In this document: piece by piece, positions 1 to 9,256 of the stretch
Position numbering within the stretch: the stretch's first letter is position 1
Layout of the letters: each line of letters starts with the position of its first letter
Assembly: GCA_963809895.1 (NCBI GenBank)
Contig: CAWELD010000003.1
Location: 3,072,001 to 3,136,000, forward strand
Origin: an uncultured Gemmatimonadales bacterium
GTDB lineage: Bacteria > Gemmatimonadota > Gemmatimonadetes > Longimicrobiales > Gaopeijiaceae
Direction: 5' to 3'
Length of the DNA: 64,000 nt
Notes under the pieces: model-generated
Told to the model about the DNA's origin: nothing
What the model saw: the letters and a program-made list of their open reading frames with translations, nothing else
The model's database searches: none
Position numbers and translations under genes: made by a program

Positions 1-22
1 GGCCTCGAAAGTCCAGATCCAT
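1..22 (-). CDS. 5' end of a gene running off the left edge (MDLDFRG...)
   Basis: Minus-strand ATG at 22-20 preceded by GGAGG; only 7 codons visible. Confidence 0.3.
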
Positions 23-189
23 CGAACCCCTCCAAACGCGTGTTGAGCTTCTGGACCGGAGTGCGGTCCACGCGGGAGGGGTTTTGCCGTTCGTGGCGGA
101 TCATAGGATCACTCGCGGCGGCAGACAACTCGACGCTTCGCGGCGGCGGGCAGCCGAGGTGCGCCCCCCTGGCACGGGCTGCTAGACCG

Positions 190-516
190 TCAGGCTTCGT
201 CCAGCGCCGGGTCCAGACCGTCGAAGTAGCCGAGGAGGATGTCCCGGGCCTCGCGCACGGCGACGCGCCCCTCTTCGGTGACCATGAGGCGGCGCATCGG
301 GTGGCCTCCTCGATCGGGCGTCGCGCTTGGCTCGAGCTCCCAGGCCAGATAGCCCTTGCCGGTGAGGCGGTCGATGGTGCGGTAGAGCGCACCCCGGGTC
401 ACCGAGCGACCTGCGTTTTGCTCCAGATCCTCGCGGACCTGGTTCGCATACGGCGCGTCGGCCTGCCTGAGGATCGACAGGAGTACCAGGAGCTCGAACT
501 CTCCGAGCTTCGACAT
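190..516 (-). CDS. PadR family transcriptional regulator
   Basis: MSKLGEFELLVLLSIL...GALYRTIDRLTGKG...GGHPMRRLMVTEEG winged-helix PadR pattern; start moved to ATG 516. Confidence 0.9.
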   Translation of the reverse strand: MSKLGEFELLVLLSILRQADAPYANQVREDLEQNAGRSVTRGALYRTIDRLTGKGYLAWELEPSATPDRGGHPMRRLMVTEEGRVAVREARDILLGYFDGLDPALDEA

Positions 517-673
517 GGGCGCGTGGGTGGCGAGGGGACGTGTGACCGGCGCGAGCCCCAATAGTCTACTTTTTATGCTACGAAACGACAACAGCGCGTA
601 TGTCGAGGCGTTGCCGGATGCGCCGGGACCGGACCTTGCCTCTCGCCAGAATCGTCGCAAGCTTGAAGTTCTG

Positions 674-1099
674 ATGACCCTCCACGGCAAGACGCGACGC
701 TTCGCCACCCTGCCAGTCGTGGCATTCCTGTGCCTCGGCCAGCCTGGGCTGCCGTGCGCGGTTCATTGCCTGATCTTCGGCCGCATGGCCTCCGCCATGA
801 CCTCGGCCGTATCGCCCCAGCCAGCCGCCCGGCCCGGCGCCCGTGGGATGCCCCGGATGGCGCAGGCCGAAGGACGGGATCCGACGTCCGGCCACGGCGG
901 CGCGCACTCCTTCTGTCACCCCGACGATGCATCGCAGCCCGGAGCGCCCGCGCATCTGCGGCATCGGAACCCGATGACCGTCGCTCCGCACGCGGGGGTC
1001 GACTTCCTCGCCGGCATCTTCGATGCCTCCGCACCCGCCTTCCGAGAGCCATCCGAGGACCTGCCGTCTCCACCTCGGGGTCCCCCACCCCGCGCCTGA
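674..1099 (+). CDS. Putative leader/arrest peptide (DUF2946/CruR-like), C-terminal RGPP
   Basis: Hydrophobic N-terminus, CAVHC motif, His-rich middle, ends PPRGPPPRA; directly upstream of an outer-membrane barrel gene. Confidence 0.65.
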   Translation: MTLHGKTRRFATLPVVAFLCLGQPGLPCAVHCLIFGRMASAMTSAVSPQPAARPGARGMPRMAQAEGRDPTSGHGGAHSFCHPDDASQPGAPAHLRHRNPMTVAPHAGVDFLAGIFDASAPAFREPSEDLPSPPRGPPPRA

Positions 1100-1200
1100 G
1101 AGCCCTGACGCCGGCGGCCCTTCGCGGCGCCGGTGCATTCCAATTCGATCGATCACACACGATCGGTCGCACGCAACGGAACTGCTCTCACAGGAGTGGT

Positions 1201-2385
1201 ATGTCCATGTCCCAATTCTCGTACGCCCGCCGAGCACACGGGGCGGTAGCGCTCGCGGCTTTACTGGCGCTCGCTTGGCCGCTCCCGACCGCCGCGCAGC
1301 AGGATACGACTCGCACGAGCGAGACCTCCATCGACCTGGGCGAGCTCGGTGGGCAGGAGTTGGAGTCGCTCACCGGAGAGGATGCGTTCCCGCTGCAGAT
1401 CACCGGATTCGGCATCGGCACCTACGACCTCGACGCGCGCACCTCCGAGAACACCTTCGCCGGCAGTAAGCTGGCGGTGGCCCTGTTCCGGGAGATGAGT
1501 GACCAGATCTGGTTCTTCGGCCAACTGACGACGGCATTGCAGGAGCCCGAGTCCCCCGACGAAGAAGTCGCCACCGAGATCGAGATCGACAACCTGATCG
1601 TCAACTTCACGCCGGCCAGCGCGACCAACCTCAGCCTCAGCTTCGGCAAGTTCGACTCGCCCATGGGCTTCGAGCGGGACGACGAGCCGCTCAATCTGCA
1701 GCCGACCGAGAGCTACAACTTCGAATTGGCGCGACCGCCCAAGATGGTGGGGATGATCGGCCGCTGGTCCCCGACGCCTGAAGCCGATGTCGCCGCCTGG
1801 TTCGCCAACGGCTGGGGAGACGCCGTCGACTCGAACCACGGCAAGACCGTCGGGCTGCGGTTGGGCGTGAGGCCGAGCGACATCGCGAGTTTCGGTATGG
1901 CCGGTCTGTGGGGCCCCGAGGGCGAGACGGGCGAAACAAACAACCGATACCTCCTCACCTTCGACTACGCGATCCAACCGACACCCGACTTTCTCGTGGC
2001 CGGCGAAGCGAACTACGGCGGTGACCGGGGCGTGATGGACGACGGCGGCGATGCCCGCTGGTACGGGGGCCTCCTGACGCTGTTCGGGCGACTCGACCGC
2101 AACTTCGGCGTCACGCTGCGTGGGGAGACGTTCCGGGACGAGGACGGGGCGCGCACCGGGGATCCCCAGACGCTCCAGTCAGTCACCTTCACGCCGGTCT
2201 ACTTCGTGGGCACCGGGCGCGAGGGGATCTTCGCGAACGTGGAGCATACGACGCTCCGGATCCCGCGCTTCCAGCTACGGGGCGGCATCCGTTACGACCA
2301 CTCGAGCATCGACGCCTTCGAGAGCGATGCCGGGGAGTCCAACTGGAGCCTTCGGTGGGTCGCCGAGCTGGTGGCGACGTTCTGA
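1201..2385 (+). CDS. Outer membrane beta-barrel porin (BBP2/DUF1597-like)
   Basis: AGGAG RBS, signal peptide (…PTAA/QQ), FGKFDSPMGFE and NHGKTVGLRLG motifs, amphipathic strands, C-terminal F. Confidence 0.8.
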   Translation: MSMSQFSYARRAHGAVALAALLALAWPLPTAAQQDTTRTSETSIDLGELGGQELESLTGEDAFPLQITGFGIGTYDLDARTSENTFAGSKLAVALFREMSDQIWFFGQLTTALQEPESPDEEVATEIEIDNLIVNFTPASATNLSLSFGKFDSPMGFERDDEPLNLQPTESYNFELARPPKMVGMIGRWSPTPEADVAAWFANGWGDAVDSNHGKTVGLRLGVRPSDIASFGMAGLWGPEGETGETNNRYLLTFDYAIQPTPDFLVAGEANYGGDRGVMDDGGDARWYGGLLTLFGRLDRNFGVTLRGETFRDEDGARTGDPQTLQSVTFTPVYFVGTGREGIFANVEHTTLRIPRFQLRGGIRYDHSSIDAFESDAGESNWSLRWVAELVATF

Positions 2386-2402
2386 GGCCCGGAGGAAACG
2401 AT

Positions 2403-2963
2403 ATGAAGGGCCTCTATGACCTGGCCGACATGAACCGCACGGTCAAGCTGTCGGCGATCCTCTTCCTGATGGTAGTCGGATACGCCTACATCTTCGCCTT
2501 CTTCATGGTGAAGCAGTATTCCGGCCTCACGCCCGACGACGTCGCGGCGACCTACGTGCCCGTCACCGTCGATACGACGGAGCTGCCGGAGCAGTCCACC
2601 AGCCAGGAGCAACCGCTCGACCTGGGTGAGATGCACGAGATGAAACACACGATCGACACCCAGCTTCTGATCCAGGACAGCCACATCCACATCATGATGT
2701 TCGCGATGATGGCGGCCCTGGAGACGCTCATCATTCTGGGGCTCGGCTGGCCGGCGTGGATTCGCGACCTGGTGGTCCTCGGAGCGTTCGGCTCGGGCGC
2801 GCTCGACTTCAGCGGGCAGTGGCTGATGAAGGCCGGGATCGGGGGCTTCGCGTGGCTGACCATCGCGTCGGGCTGGACCATGGCGATCGTCTACGTGCTC
2901 GTCCTCGGACGAACGCTCCAGGTCGTATTCCGCCGGGGGCCGGCCCCTGACCCGGAACCCTGA
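2403..2963 (+). CDS. Integral membrane protein with His/Met-rich motif
   Basis: GGAGG RBS; about 4 hydrophobic segments; EMHEMKH and DSHIHIMMFAMM. Confidence 0.75.
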   Translation: MKGLYDLADMNRTVKLSAILFLMVVGYAYIFAFFMVKQYSGLTPDDVAATYVPVTVDTTELPEQSTSQEQPLDLGEMHEMKHTIDTQLLIQDSHIHIMMFAMMAALETLIILGLGWPAWIRDLVVLGAFGSGALDFSGQWLMKAGIGGFAWLTIASGWTMAIVYVLVLGRTLQVVFRRGPAPDPEP

Positions 2964-3016
2964 TTCGCGAACCGCATAGGAGACCCCCCGAGAGGGGAAG
3001 GACCACGGAGGATACC

Positions 3017-3631
3017 ATGAGAGACGCAAAGCGCTGGACGTTGAAGAAGCTCTGCCTGCCGGTGATCCTGACTTCGGCTGCCACGGCCATCGCCATTCTG
3101 GGCGGGGCCACCCACATCACGCCCACGGTCGTGCTCCAGAAGCAGGCCGACGTGATCCGGGCGAGCCTACCCGCCGATCGGTACTCCCTCAAGACCGTGG
3201 AGGTCGGCAAGGAGGACGTGAAGCGTATCGAGGATGTCGGCGGCTTCAAGCTGAAGGAGCCGAAGGTGAAGTTCTACGTGGGCAGAGACGCCGGCGGTCA
3301 GGTGCTCGGCGTGGTGCTGTTCCCCCAGGTGAACACGCGCCACGGTCCCTTGGAGGTCGGACTGACCCTGGCCCCCGACGGCGAACTGACGAAGGTCGCC
3401 GTGACCAAGGCTACCGTAGAGACGAAGCCGTGGATCCAGAAGGCGATCGAGACCGGCTTCCTGAGCGAGTTCGAGGGCGCGCCGGCCGCCGATGGGTCCT
3501 CCCGCGCCCTGGCCAGGCTCCAGGGTGCCCACCTGGGCCGGCTGCCCGAGTGGATGGGGAAGATCGCGGTCCAGGCCGTAGATCAGGGCAACGTGCTGTA
3601 TCGCACGCTGTACGCGGCCGTGGCCCAGTAG
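3017..3631 (+). CDS. Exported FMN-binding-domain-like protein
   Basis: GGAGG RBS, signal peptide, FYVGRDAGGQVLGVVLF...EVGLTLAPDGELTKV...FLSEFEG resembles FMN_bind proteins; no canonical SGAT motif. Confidence 0.6.
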   Translation: MRDAKRWTLKKLCLPVILTSAATAIAILGGATHITPTVVLQKQADVIRASLPADRYSLKTVEVGKEDVKRIEDVGGFKLKEPKVKFYVGRDAGGQVLGVVLFPQVNTRHGPLEVGLTLAPDGELTKVAVTKATVETKPWIQKAIETGFLSEFEGAPAADGSSRALARLQGAHLGRLPEWMGKIAVQAVDQGNVLYRTLYAAVAQ

Positions 3632-3676
3632 GTAGTGCGGCCCCCCGACGGGGCAGAAGAGCGCCTTGTGGTGGCC

Positions 3677-6382
3677 TCAGCCCTCGGCCCTCAACGCCTC
3701 GTTGGGGTCTACACGTAGCGCACGCAGCGTGGGGCCGGTGCAGGCGGTGAGCCCGACCATCACCAGCAGGCCGACGCACGCTGCCAGCACGCGTGCAGCC
3801 CAGGCGTATCGTGCCGCGTCGCCGGTGGAAAAGAACTCCACGGTCAGTGGGAGGCAGCCCAGCAGCACGCCCAGCATCAGCTGGCCCACCGCCCTCCTGA
3901 CCACCGCGCCGACGATCTCGGGCCGCCCGGCGCCCAGGGCCACTCGGATCCCGATCTCGGTGGTCCGCTGCGCCACTGCCGACGACATGATGGCGTAGAT
4001 GCCCGAAGCAGCCAGGGCCAGGAGCACGCCTACGAGTAGCCCGGCGCCCACGCCCGCAGCCAGGATGAGATACCAGTCGCCTTCGTACACCCCATCCAGC
4101 GGACCCACCACCGACACGATCATCGCCGGATCCACCTGCCCCGCGAGCTCCCTCAACCGGGGAGAGAACGAGGCTGGATCGCCACCCACATGAATCCCCA
4201 GGTCGAGGGTCGCCAGGTCGCCGGCTGCCACGGGCACGTACACGCCCTGATCGTTCCGCGGTGACGCGATGCGCATCCCCAGGTGTCCGACCACCCCGAC
4301 GATCTCCTGCCAGGGCCCCGGCTCACCTTCGCCCCAGGGCACGAAGCGAATCCTGCGACCGATGGGGTTCTCGCCGCCCAGAACGTGCTCCACGAAGGTG
4401 GTGTTCACGATCACGACGTCATGGCCCGCTTCGACGTCCGCGACCTCGAAGTCGCGCCCGGCCACCACCGGCCGGTCCAGCGCCTGGAAGTAGTCCACGG
4501 CGACGCGGGCGACCCGGCTCGACACCCCTCGCCGGTCGTCGGGCGACGCCACGTCCTCGGCCTCCACGCGGGAGGTGTGGTGGTCCATCCTCGGCAGCGC
4601 ATCGGCCACCGCGACGCCCCGCACCTCCGGCGCTTCGCGAAGTCGCCGGAGCAGCTCCTCCTGCGCGCCGGCCATGCGCTCTCGCCGGTCGCGGGCGCTC
4701 CCCACACTCGGGGCCTCGCCGATGCCCGACGAGAGGCGGACCGTCGCCGCCAGATACTCGCCCGCGGGGATGCCCACGGAGTCCTCTGCGGTGCCGGCAC
4801 GGCGGAGTTGGTCCACGGCGGTCATGGCCAAGGCCACGGCTATCACCGACACGGCCACGTCCGCCACGATGAGAATCCCCGACAGCCCTCCGAATCGGAC
4901 GCCGGTCCGGCGCGTCCGGGCCCGTCGGATGTTGGACTGTACCGAGCGACCGGTGAAGCGCAGCGCCGGCACGACCCCGGCCACCGCCGCGCTCACCCCG
5001 GCCAGCGCCAGCGCATGCAGCGCGGTCGCCGGGCGTACGTCCAGGTCGATCCAATAGGGTGCGGCCGCGGCCCATGTGGCCGGCATCAGGCGCCACATCG
5101 CCTCGACGATCCCCTGCATCAACAGGAGCCCTGCAGCCGCGGCCACGAGGGCCAGTACCAGACACTCGACGAACACCTGCGCCACGATACGCGTGCGGCT
5201 CGCGCCCAGAGCGGTGCGCACGGCGAGCTCGTCGGCGCGGGCGGAGGTGCGCGCGAACACCAGCATGCCGACGTTGGCGCACGCCACCAGGAGCACCAGC
5301 CATGCGAGCCCCTGGAATCCCAGGAACTCGGGGGTCGTGCGCAGGCTCCCGTTCAGACCACCCGCCACCATGAGGGCGAAGGGCTCCACCTGGTACCTCA
5401 GTCTGAAGTCGGGCCCTGGAGCGGCGGAGCGCGATGCCACCAGCGTGAACTCAGCGTCGGCCTGCGCCTGGGCCACATCAGGGCGGAGTTTCCCGAAGAT
5501 CCGCACCGGCGCCACGGATTCCGGTCCACCCCCGGTGACGGCGCGCAGCGGCGTCCACAGGTTCTCGTGCTTCGGAAACAGGAAGCCCTGGGGCATCACC
5601 CCGACCACCGTATGCGGCTCTCCTCCCAGGCGGACGACCCGCCCGACGATGTCCCGGTCGCCCCCGAAACGGCTCTGCCACACGTCGTAGCCCAGCACGG
5701 CGACCTGCTCCGCTCCAGGCGCCTGGTCGGCGGATTGGAAGGTCCGCCCCAGCAGCGGGCTCACGCCCAGGATAGCGAAGCTCGAGGCCGTGACCTCGGC
5801 GCCGCGCACGACCTCCACGCCTTCGCCGGACCCCAGGTTGTAGCGGGTCTCGCGGAAGGCACCGAGCTCCTCGAACGACGTGAGGGAGCCCTTCCACGCC
5901 TCGAAATCCCGAGTCGTAGTGTGCATCACCTGGCCCAGCCCCCGGCTCCACACCTTGAGCCAACGGATCTGCGCCCCCTCCGGAACGGGGAGCGGCGCGG
6001 TGAGCCCATCCACGAAGTGGCCCGGAGCCAGCCCCACCGGGATCCCCACGGCCAGCGCGAAGGTCGACACCAGGGTGAGTCCCGGGTGCTTCACGAGCAT
6101 GCGGGCGCCCAGCTTCACATCGAGCCAGGAAAAGAGGCGGGCCGGGCCAATCGACCTGTCGGCCGCTGCGCCCGGCTTCCGGGAAAAGCGCTCGCGGACG
6201 CCGGCGGCCGTCAGGTTGACGGTCGTCCGCACGAGGAACGCCGCCAGCGCCAGCCAACCCCGGCCACGCCGTTCGGTCCACGCTCGCGCAAACGTCTCGC
6301 GCATGCCGTCGCCGTGTCGCTCGCGGAATGGGGCCGGAAACAGCCGCAGCAACAGGTCGAACCAGCGCTCGGCCAGCCTCAC
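3677..6382 (-). CDS. Duplicated MacB/FtsX-type ABC permease (ADOP family)
   Basis: LLVACANV, ELAVRTALGASR and EIGIRVALGAGR motifs; two periplasmic domains; overlaps PadR stop. Confidence 0.93.
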   Translation of the reverse strand: MRLAERWFDLLLRLFPAPFRERHGDGMRETFARAWTERRGRGWLALAAFLVRTTVNLTAAGVRERFSRKPGAAADRSIGPARLFSWLDVKLGARMLVKHPGLTLVSTFALAVGIPVGLAPGHFVDGLTAPLPVPEGAQIRWLKVWSRGLGQVMHTTTRDFEAWKGSLTSFEELGAFRETRYNLGSGEGVEVVRGAEVTASSFAILGVSPLLGRTFQSADQAPGAEQVAVLGYDVWQSRFGGDRDIVGRVVRLGGEPHTVVGVMPQGFLFPKHENLWTPLRAVTGGGPESVAPVRIFGKLRPDVAQAQADAEFTLVASRSAAPGPDFRLRYQVEPFALMVAGGLNGSLRTTPEFLGFQGLAWLVLLVACANVGMLVFARTSARADELAVRTALGASRTRIVAQVFVECLVLALVAAAAGLLLMQGIVEAMWRLMPATWAAAAPYWIDLDVRPATALHALALAGVSAAVAGVVPALRFTGRSVQSNIRRARTRRTGVRFGGLSGILIVADVAVSVIAVALAMTAVDQLRRAGTAEDSVGIPAGEYLAATVRLSSGIGEAPSVGSARDRRERMAGAQEELLRRLREAPEVRGVAVADALPRMDHHTSRVEAEDVASPDDRRGVSSRVARVAVDYFQALDRPVVAGRDFEVADVEAGHDVVIVNTTFVEHVLGGENPIGRRIRFVPWGEGEPGPWQEIVGVVGHLGMRIASPRNDQGVYVPVAAGDLATLDLGIHVGGDPASFSPRLRELAGQVDPAMIVSVVGPLDGVYEGDWYLILAAGVGAGLLVGVLLALAASGIYAIMSSAVAQRTTEIGIRVALGAGRPEIVGAVVRRAVGQLMLGVLLGCLPLTVEFFSTGDAARYAWAARVLAACVGLLVMVGLTACTGPTLRALRVDPNEALRAEG

Positions 6383-6735
6383 CGGGACTGCTCCGGCAGC
6401 AAGCGCCGCTCCCGGGCGAGGGCGAGGGCGTCCTGGAGACGAGCGGCTTCCGCTCGTAACGCCTCGCGTCCCTCGGCGGTCAGGCCGTAGTAACGCCGCG
6501 GGCGTCCTCGCGTGTCGGCGGGCGCGTCGCCCGGCGCCTCGACCTCTTCGACGAGGCCTTCGTCCAGCAGGCGGTCCAGGACGCGGTAGAGAGAGCCGAT
6601 CTCGGCCGACACCTTACCGGCGGAGTCGCGCTCTACGGCCTTCATGATGCCGTACCCGTGCAGGGGATCTTGCGACAGCGCCATGAGGACGTGCCAGTCG
6701 CGCGCGCTCAGGGGAAGGACGTCGGGGTCGGCCAT
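6379..6735 (-). CDS. PadR family transcriptional regulator
   Basis: LHGYGIMK, GSLYRVLDRL and RRYYGLTAEG motifs. Confidence 0.93.
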   Translation of the reverse strand: MADPDVLPLSARDWHVLMALSQDPLHGYGIMKAVERDSAGKVSAEIGSLYRVLDRLLDEGLVEEVEAPGDAPADTRGRPRRYYGLTAEGREALRAEAARLQDALALARERRLLPEQSR

Positions 6736-6749
6736 GGTCTCGCTCCGTT

Positions 6750-6787
6750 CATATCAGCGTTGTACATATATGTATCGTGCTGATATG
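6750..6787. promoter_or_regulatory. Palindromic operator upstream of padR (likely autoregulatory)
   Basis: CATATCAGC-N4-TACATATATGTA-N4-GCTGATATG, AT-rich dyad 15 bp upstream of the ATG. Confidence 0.7.
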
Positions 6788-6986
6788 TCCGTCAAGGCCG
6801 GGCCACCGCACGGGCGTCCATTCGAGTTGGCGAGTCCGACCACGCTGACGGTCCAGCGCGACACCGGTCGCGTGCGGAAGGGGCGGCGGGATTCTGCCGG
6901 AATTTGTCGTTGCGCGTATACTGAGGGGGGGGGGTAACCTATGGATGTCGTCCCACCAGAGATGATTCAAGCCCCGACGGATTCTC

Positions 6987-7781
6987 ATGACCCTCTCCCA
7001 GGGCCCCTCCGCTTCCCCCGCCCCCAACCTGGTGTGGATCGAGCCCCAGACGTGGCGAGTCGTGGCTCGCCAAGCGACGGACGCCGCACAGGTGCGGTTG
7101 GGCACCCTCTGCGTCGTGAGAGTTCACTACCGATCGACCGGCCGAGATCTCGCGACCCTCGTTCGCAAGCTACGATGCCTCCACTCCGGTTCGCCCATCG
7201 TGGTGCAGACGGGGACTTGGGCAAGCTCGCATGACACCCTCGAAATCGCCCGATGCGTCGAGCACTACGGATGCTCGGGCGCGCTCGCTGCTGGACAGGA
7301 TCTCGAAAACCTCATCCCGCAGCTCACCGACGCAAGCGCCCTCTTGCCGAGGATCGCGCGGTGGCTGTTCCTGACGGGCCGAACGTCGCTGGACGAGGCG
7401 GCTTTCGTCGAGTCCGCGTTCGCATCTTGGGAGACCCGTACCACCGTAAAGGGCGCCGTGCGCGGAGTGGCGCCACCTCGCACGGTGCGGGATCGCTTTC
7501 GTAGAGCTGGGCTCCCGACGCCGTACGAGTGGTTGAACGCCCTCCACTTACTGCAGGGTCTCCTGAGGCTTCAAGCCGCGTACCGTGGTTCCCGGCCCAC
7601 TCCGTACGTAGGCCCCGGGCCATCCGCCGCCGACCGTCCGCTGGAGGAGAACCGTTCGGAACTGATCGGCCTTTCAGCGGACGACGCGGTACGCGTGCTG
7701 GGATGGGAGCCTCTGATGGCATCGTGGTTGGGTAGCCCGGGCGGGCGGAGGGCGGGAGGTAATGCTCGTGGCGCTGCGTAG
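6987..7781 (+). CDS. Putative degenerate AraC-like HTH regulator
   Basis: PRTVRDRFRRAGLPTPYEWL segment resembles an AraC HTH; N-terminus receiver-like by eye. Confidence 0.45.
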   Translation: MTLSQGPSASPAPNLVWIEPQTWRVVARQATDAAQVRLGTLCVVRVHYRSTGRDLATLVRKLRCLHSGSPIVVQTGTWASSHDTLEIARCVEHYGCSGALAAGQDLENLIPQLTDASALLPRIARWLFLTGRTSLDEAAFVESAFASWETRTTVKGAVRGVAPPRTVRDRFRRAGLPTPYEWLNALHLLQGLLRLQAAYRGSRPTPYVGPGPSAADRPLEENRSELIGLSADDAVRVLGWEPLMASWLGSPGGRRAGGNARGAA

Positions 7782-8757
7782 ACATCGCCTTGGCGTGCGG
7801 AACCTCATGCTCGCGGCGGGGATCATCGGCCTTTCGACTGCTGCATTGGCCCGGACCCACTTCGCTCGGTCGAGTGCCGCGGAAGCATGCGCTCCAGACG
7901 CAAGACTGCGACTCGAGTTGAGCCGGGTGGTGTCGGGCCCTTTCGTTGCACCGCCGGTCGCGCTGATCCCGAACGGCGACAGCTCCTTCATCGCCCTCGA
8001 CCAGTCGGGTACCATCCGCTCGGTGGGCGACGGTCCGGAATTGGCGGGTTTGGATCCGTCGCTGGCCTACGCCGGGGCGACGCGTGGAGGGGACGAGAGC
8101 ATCGTCTACACCGACCGAACACTGTTCAGACTCGCGTCAGGCCGCGACGTATGGGCGCCGCTCGCACTCGACAGTGTGGCTGGAATACGGAGTGTGGCAG
8201 TGGACGGAGCGGACGGAAGTCTGTGGATCGCCACCGGGGACGACGATCATTTCACAGTCCGCCGATTCAACTCTCGCCAGCGCTCAGGGCCGGCGGACCG
8301 CGAAGCCTTCCGAAATTCGGGGGCATGGGAACTCACCGGTAATTGGCGGCTCGCGCCCGTGGGCGCGGGTGCCGCCCTCGCCATTTCCACCCGACTTCCG
8401 TTCGAAGTCTCCCGCCTCCACGGCGATGGGCGATCCACCGCATTGACGCCCCTGCGCATGTCCGACCGCTACCCCATCTGGCCCGACAGCGCGGCGCCCT
8501 ACGTCTCCGGCCTGGCCCCGCTGGACTGCGGCGGCGTGTTGGTGACGCTTGCGGACCTACGCTCCCGAACGCGGTGGCTGTTCCTCATCGACGAGCGGAG
8601 TGCCGAGGTCCGCAAGACCACGAAGATCGAGGCCACAATGGGGTTCTTCTACGCCGATCCTGAAGACCACGCACTCTACGGATTTCGAGCGACGCGAGAC
8701 GGGGGAGAGATGCTCGTGTATCGCTGGACCTGGCTCGCCCCCACAGGTGGCGAGTAG
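7762..8757 (+). CDS. Exported beta-propeller-like hypothetical protein
   Basis: N-terminal hydrophobic anchor; repeated beta-rich blades (FIALDQSG, VAVDGADGSLWIA); ends LVYRWTW. Confidence 0.6.
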   Translation: MLVALRRHRLGVRNLMLAAGIIGLSTAALARTHFARSSAAEACAPDARLRLELSRVVSGPFVAPPVALIPNGDSSFIALDQSGTIRSVGDGPELAGLDPSLAYAGATRGGDESIVYTDRTLFRLASGRDVWAPLALDSVAGIRSVAVDGADGSLWIATGDDDHFTVRRFNSRQRSGPADREAFRNSGAWELTGNWRLAPVGAGAALAISTRLPFEVSRLHGDGRSTALTPLRMSDRYPIWPDSAAPYVSGLAPLDCGGVLVTLADLRSRTRWLFLIDERSAEVRKTTKIEATMGFFYADPEDHALYGFRATRDGGEMLVYRWTWLAPTGGE

Positions 8758-8779
8758 ACTATCAACGAAGGAGGTATCC

Positions 8780-9189
8780 ATGAAGACGCTGTTTCTGACC
8801 ACCGCGCTGCTCGTCGCGGCGCTGTTCAGCATCCCCGAGCACGCCGCCGCGCAGTCGGGCTGCATCACGCCCGAGCACTGCGTGAACCCCACCGGTGGCG
8901 GGGACCAAGACGTGCGAGGACGGAATCGGTCGGGTTCGACTTCGAGGAGTGCGAGGTGATCGTGGGCTTCTGCCAGCTTAGTGATCGCTGCGGCTTCGCA
9001 TACTTGGATCTCCCGGCCGATGAGGACGTGACTCCGGCTGGAACCCTGCGGTCGGTCGCCACTGTGAAGAACGCCGCCGTGGTTGCGAGCGTGCTGACTC
9101 GCGAGAAGGTGGTTCGCTCCTGCAGAGGCCTGATCGTGGCCGTCGCCGAGTCGTCGGAGGTGCGCCCCGCCGTCATCGTGATGGACTGA
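8780..9189 (+). CDS. Small secreted Cys-rich protein, split by two apparent +1 frameshifts
   Basis: AAGGAGGT RBS, signal peptide MKTLFL...AAA/Q; removing one G near 8900 and one near 8922 joins ORFs 8780-8959 and 8956-9189. Confidence 0.6.
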
Positions 9190-9256
9190 AGGAAGGAACC
9201 AGACACCCATGAGCATCTCTCCCCCGAACGTATGCAGGCACGAAGGTCTTCAAGGC

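Noticed and set aside
4283..6490. Long antisense or alternate-frame ORFs (also 10573-12483, 15465-18017, 19443-21587, 37699-39738, 49789-51657)
   Set aside because: They overlap well-supported genes, have biased Arg/Gly/Pro/His composition, and are expected in high-GC DNA
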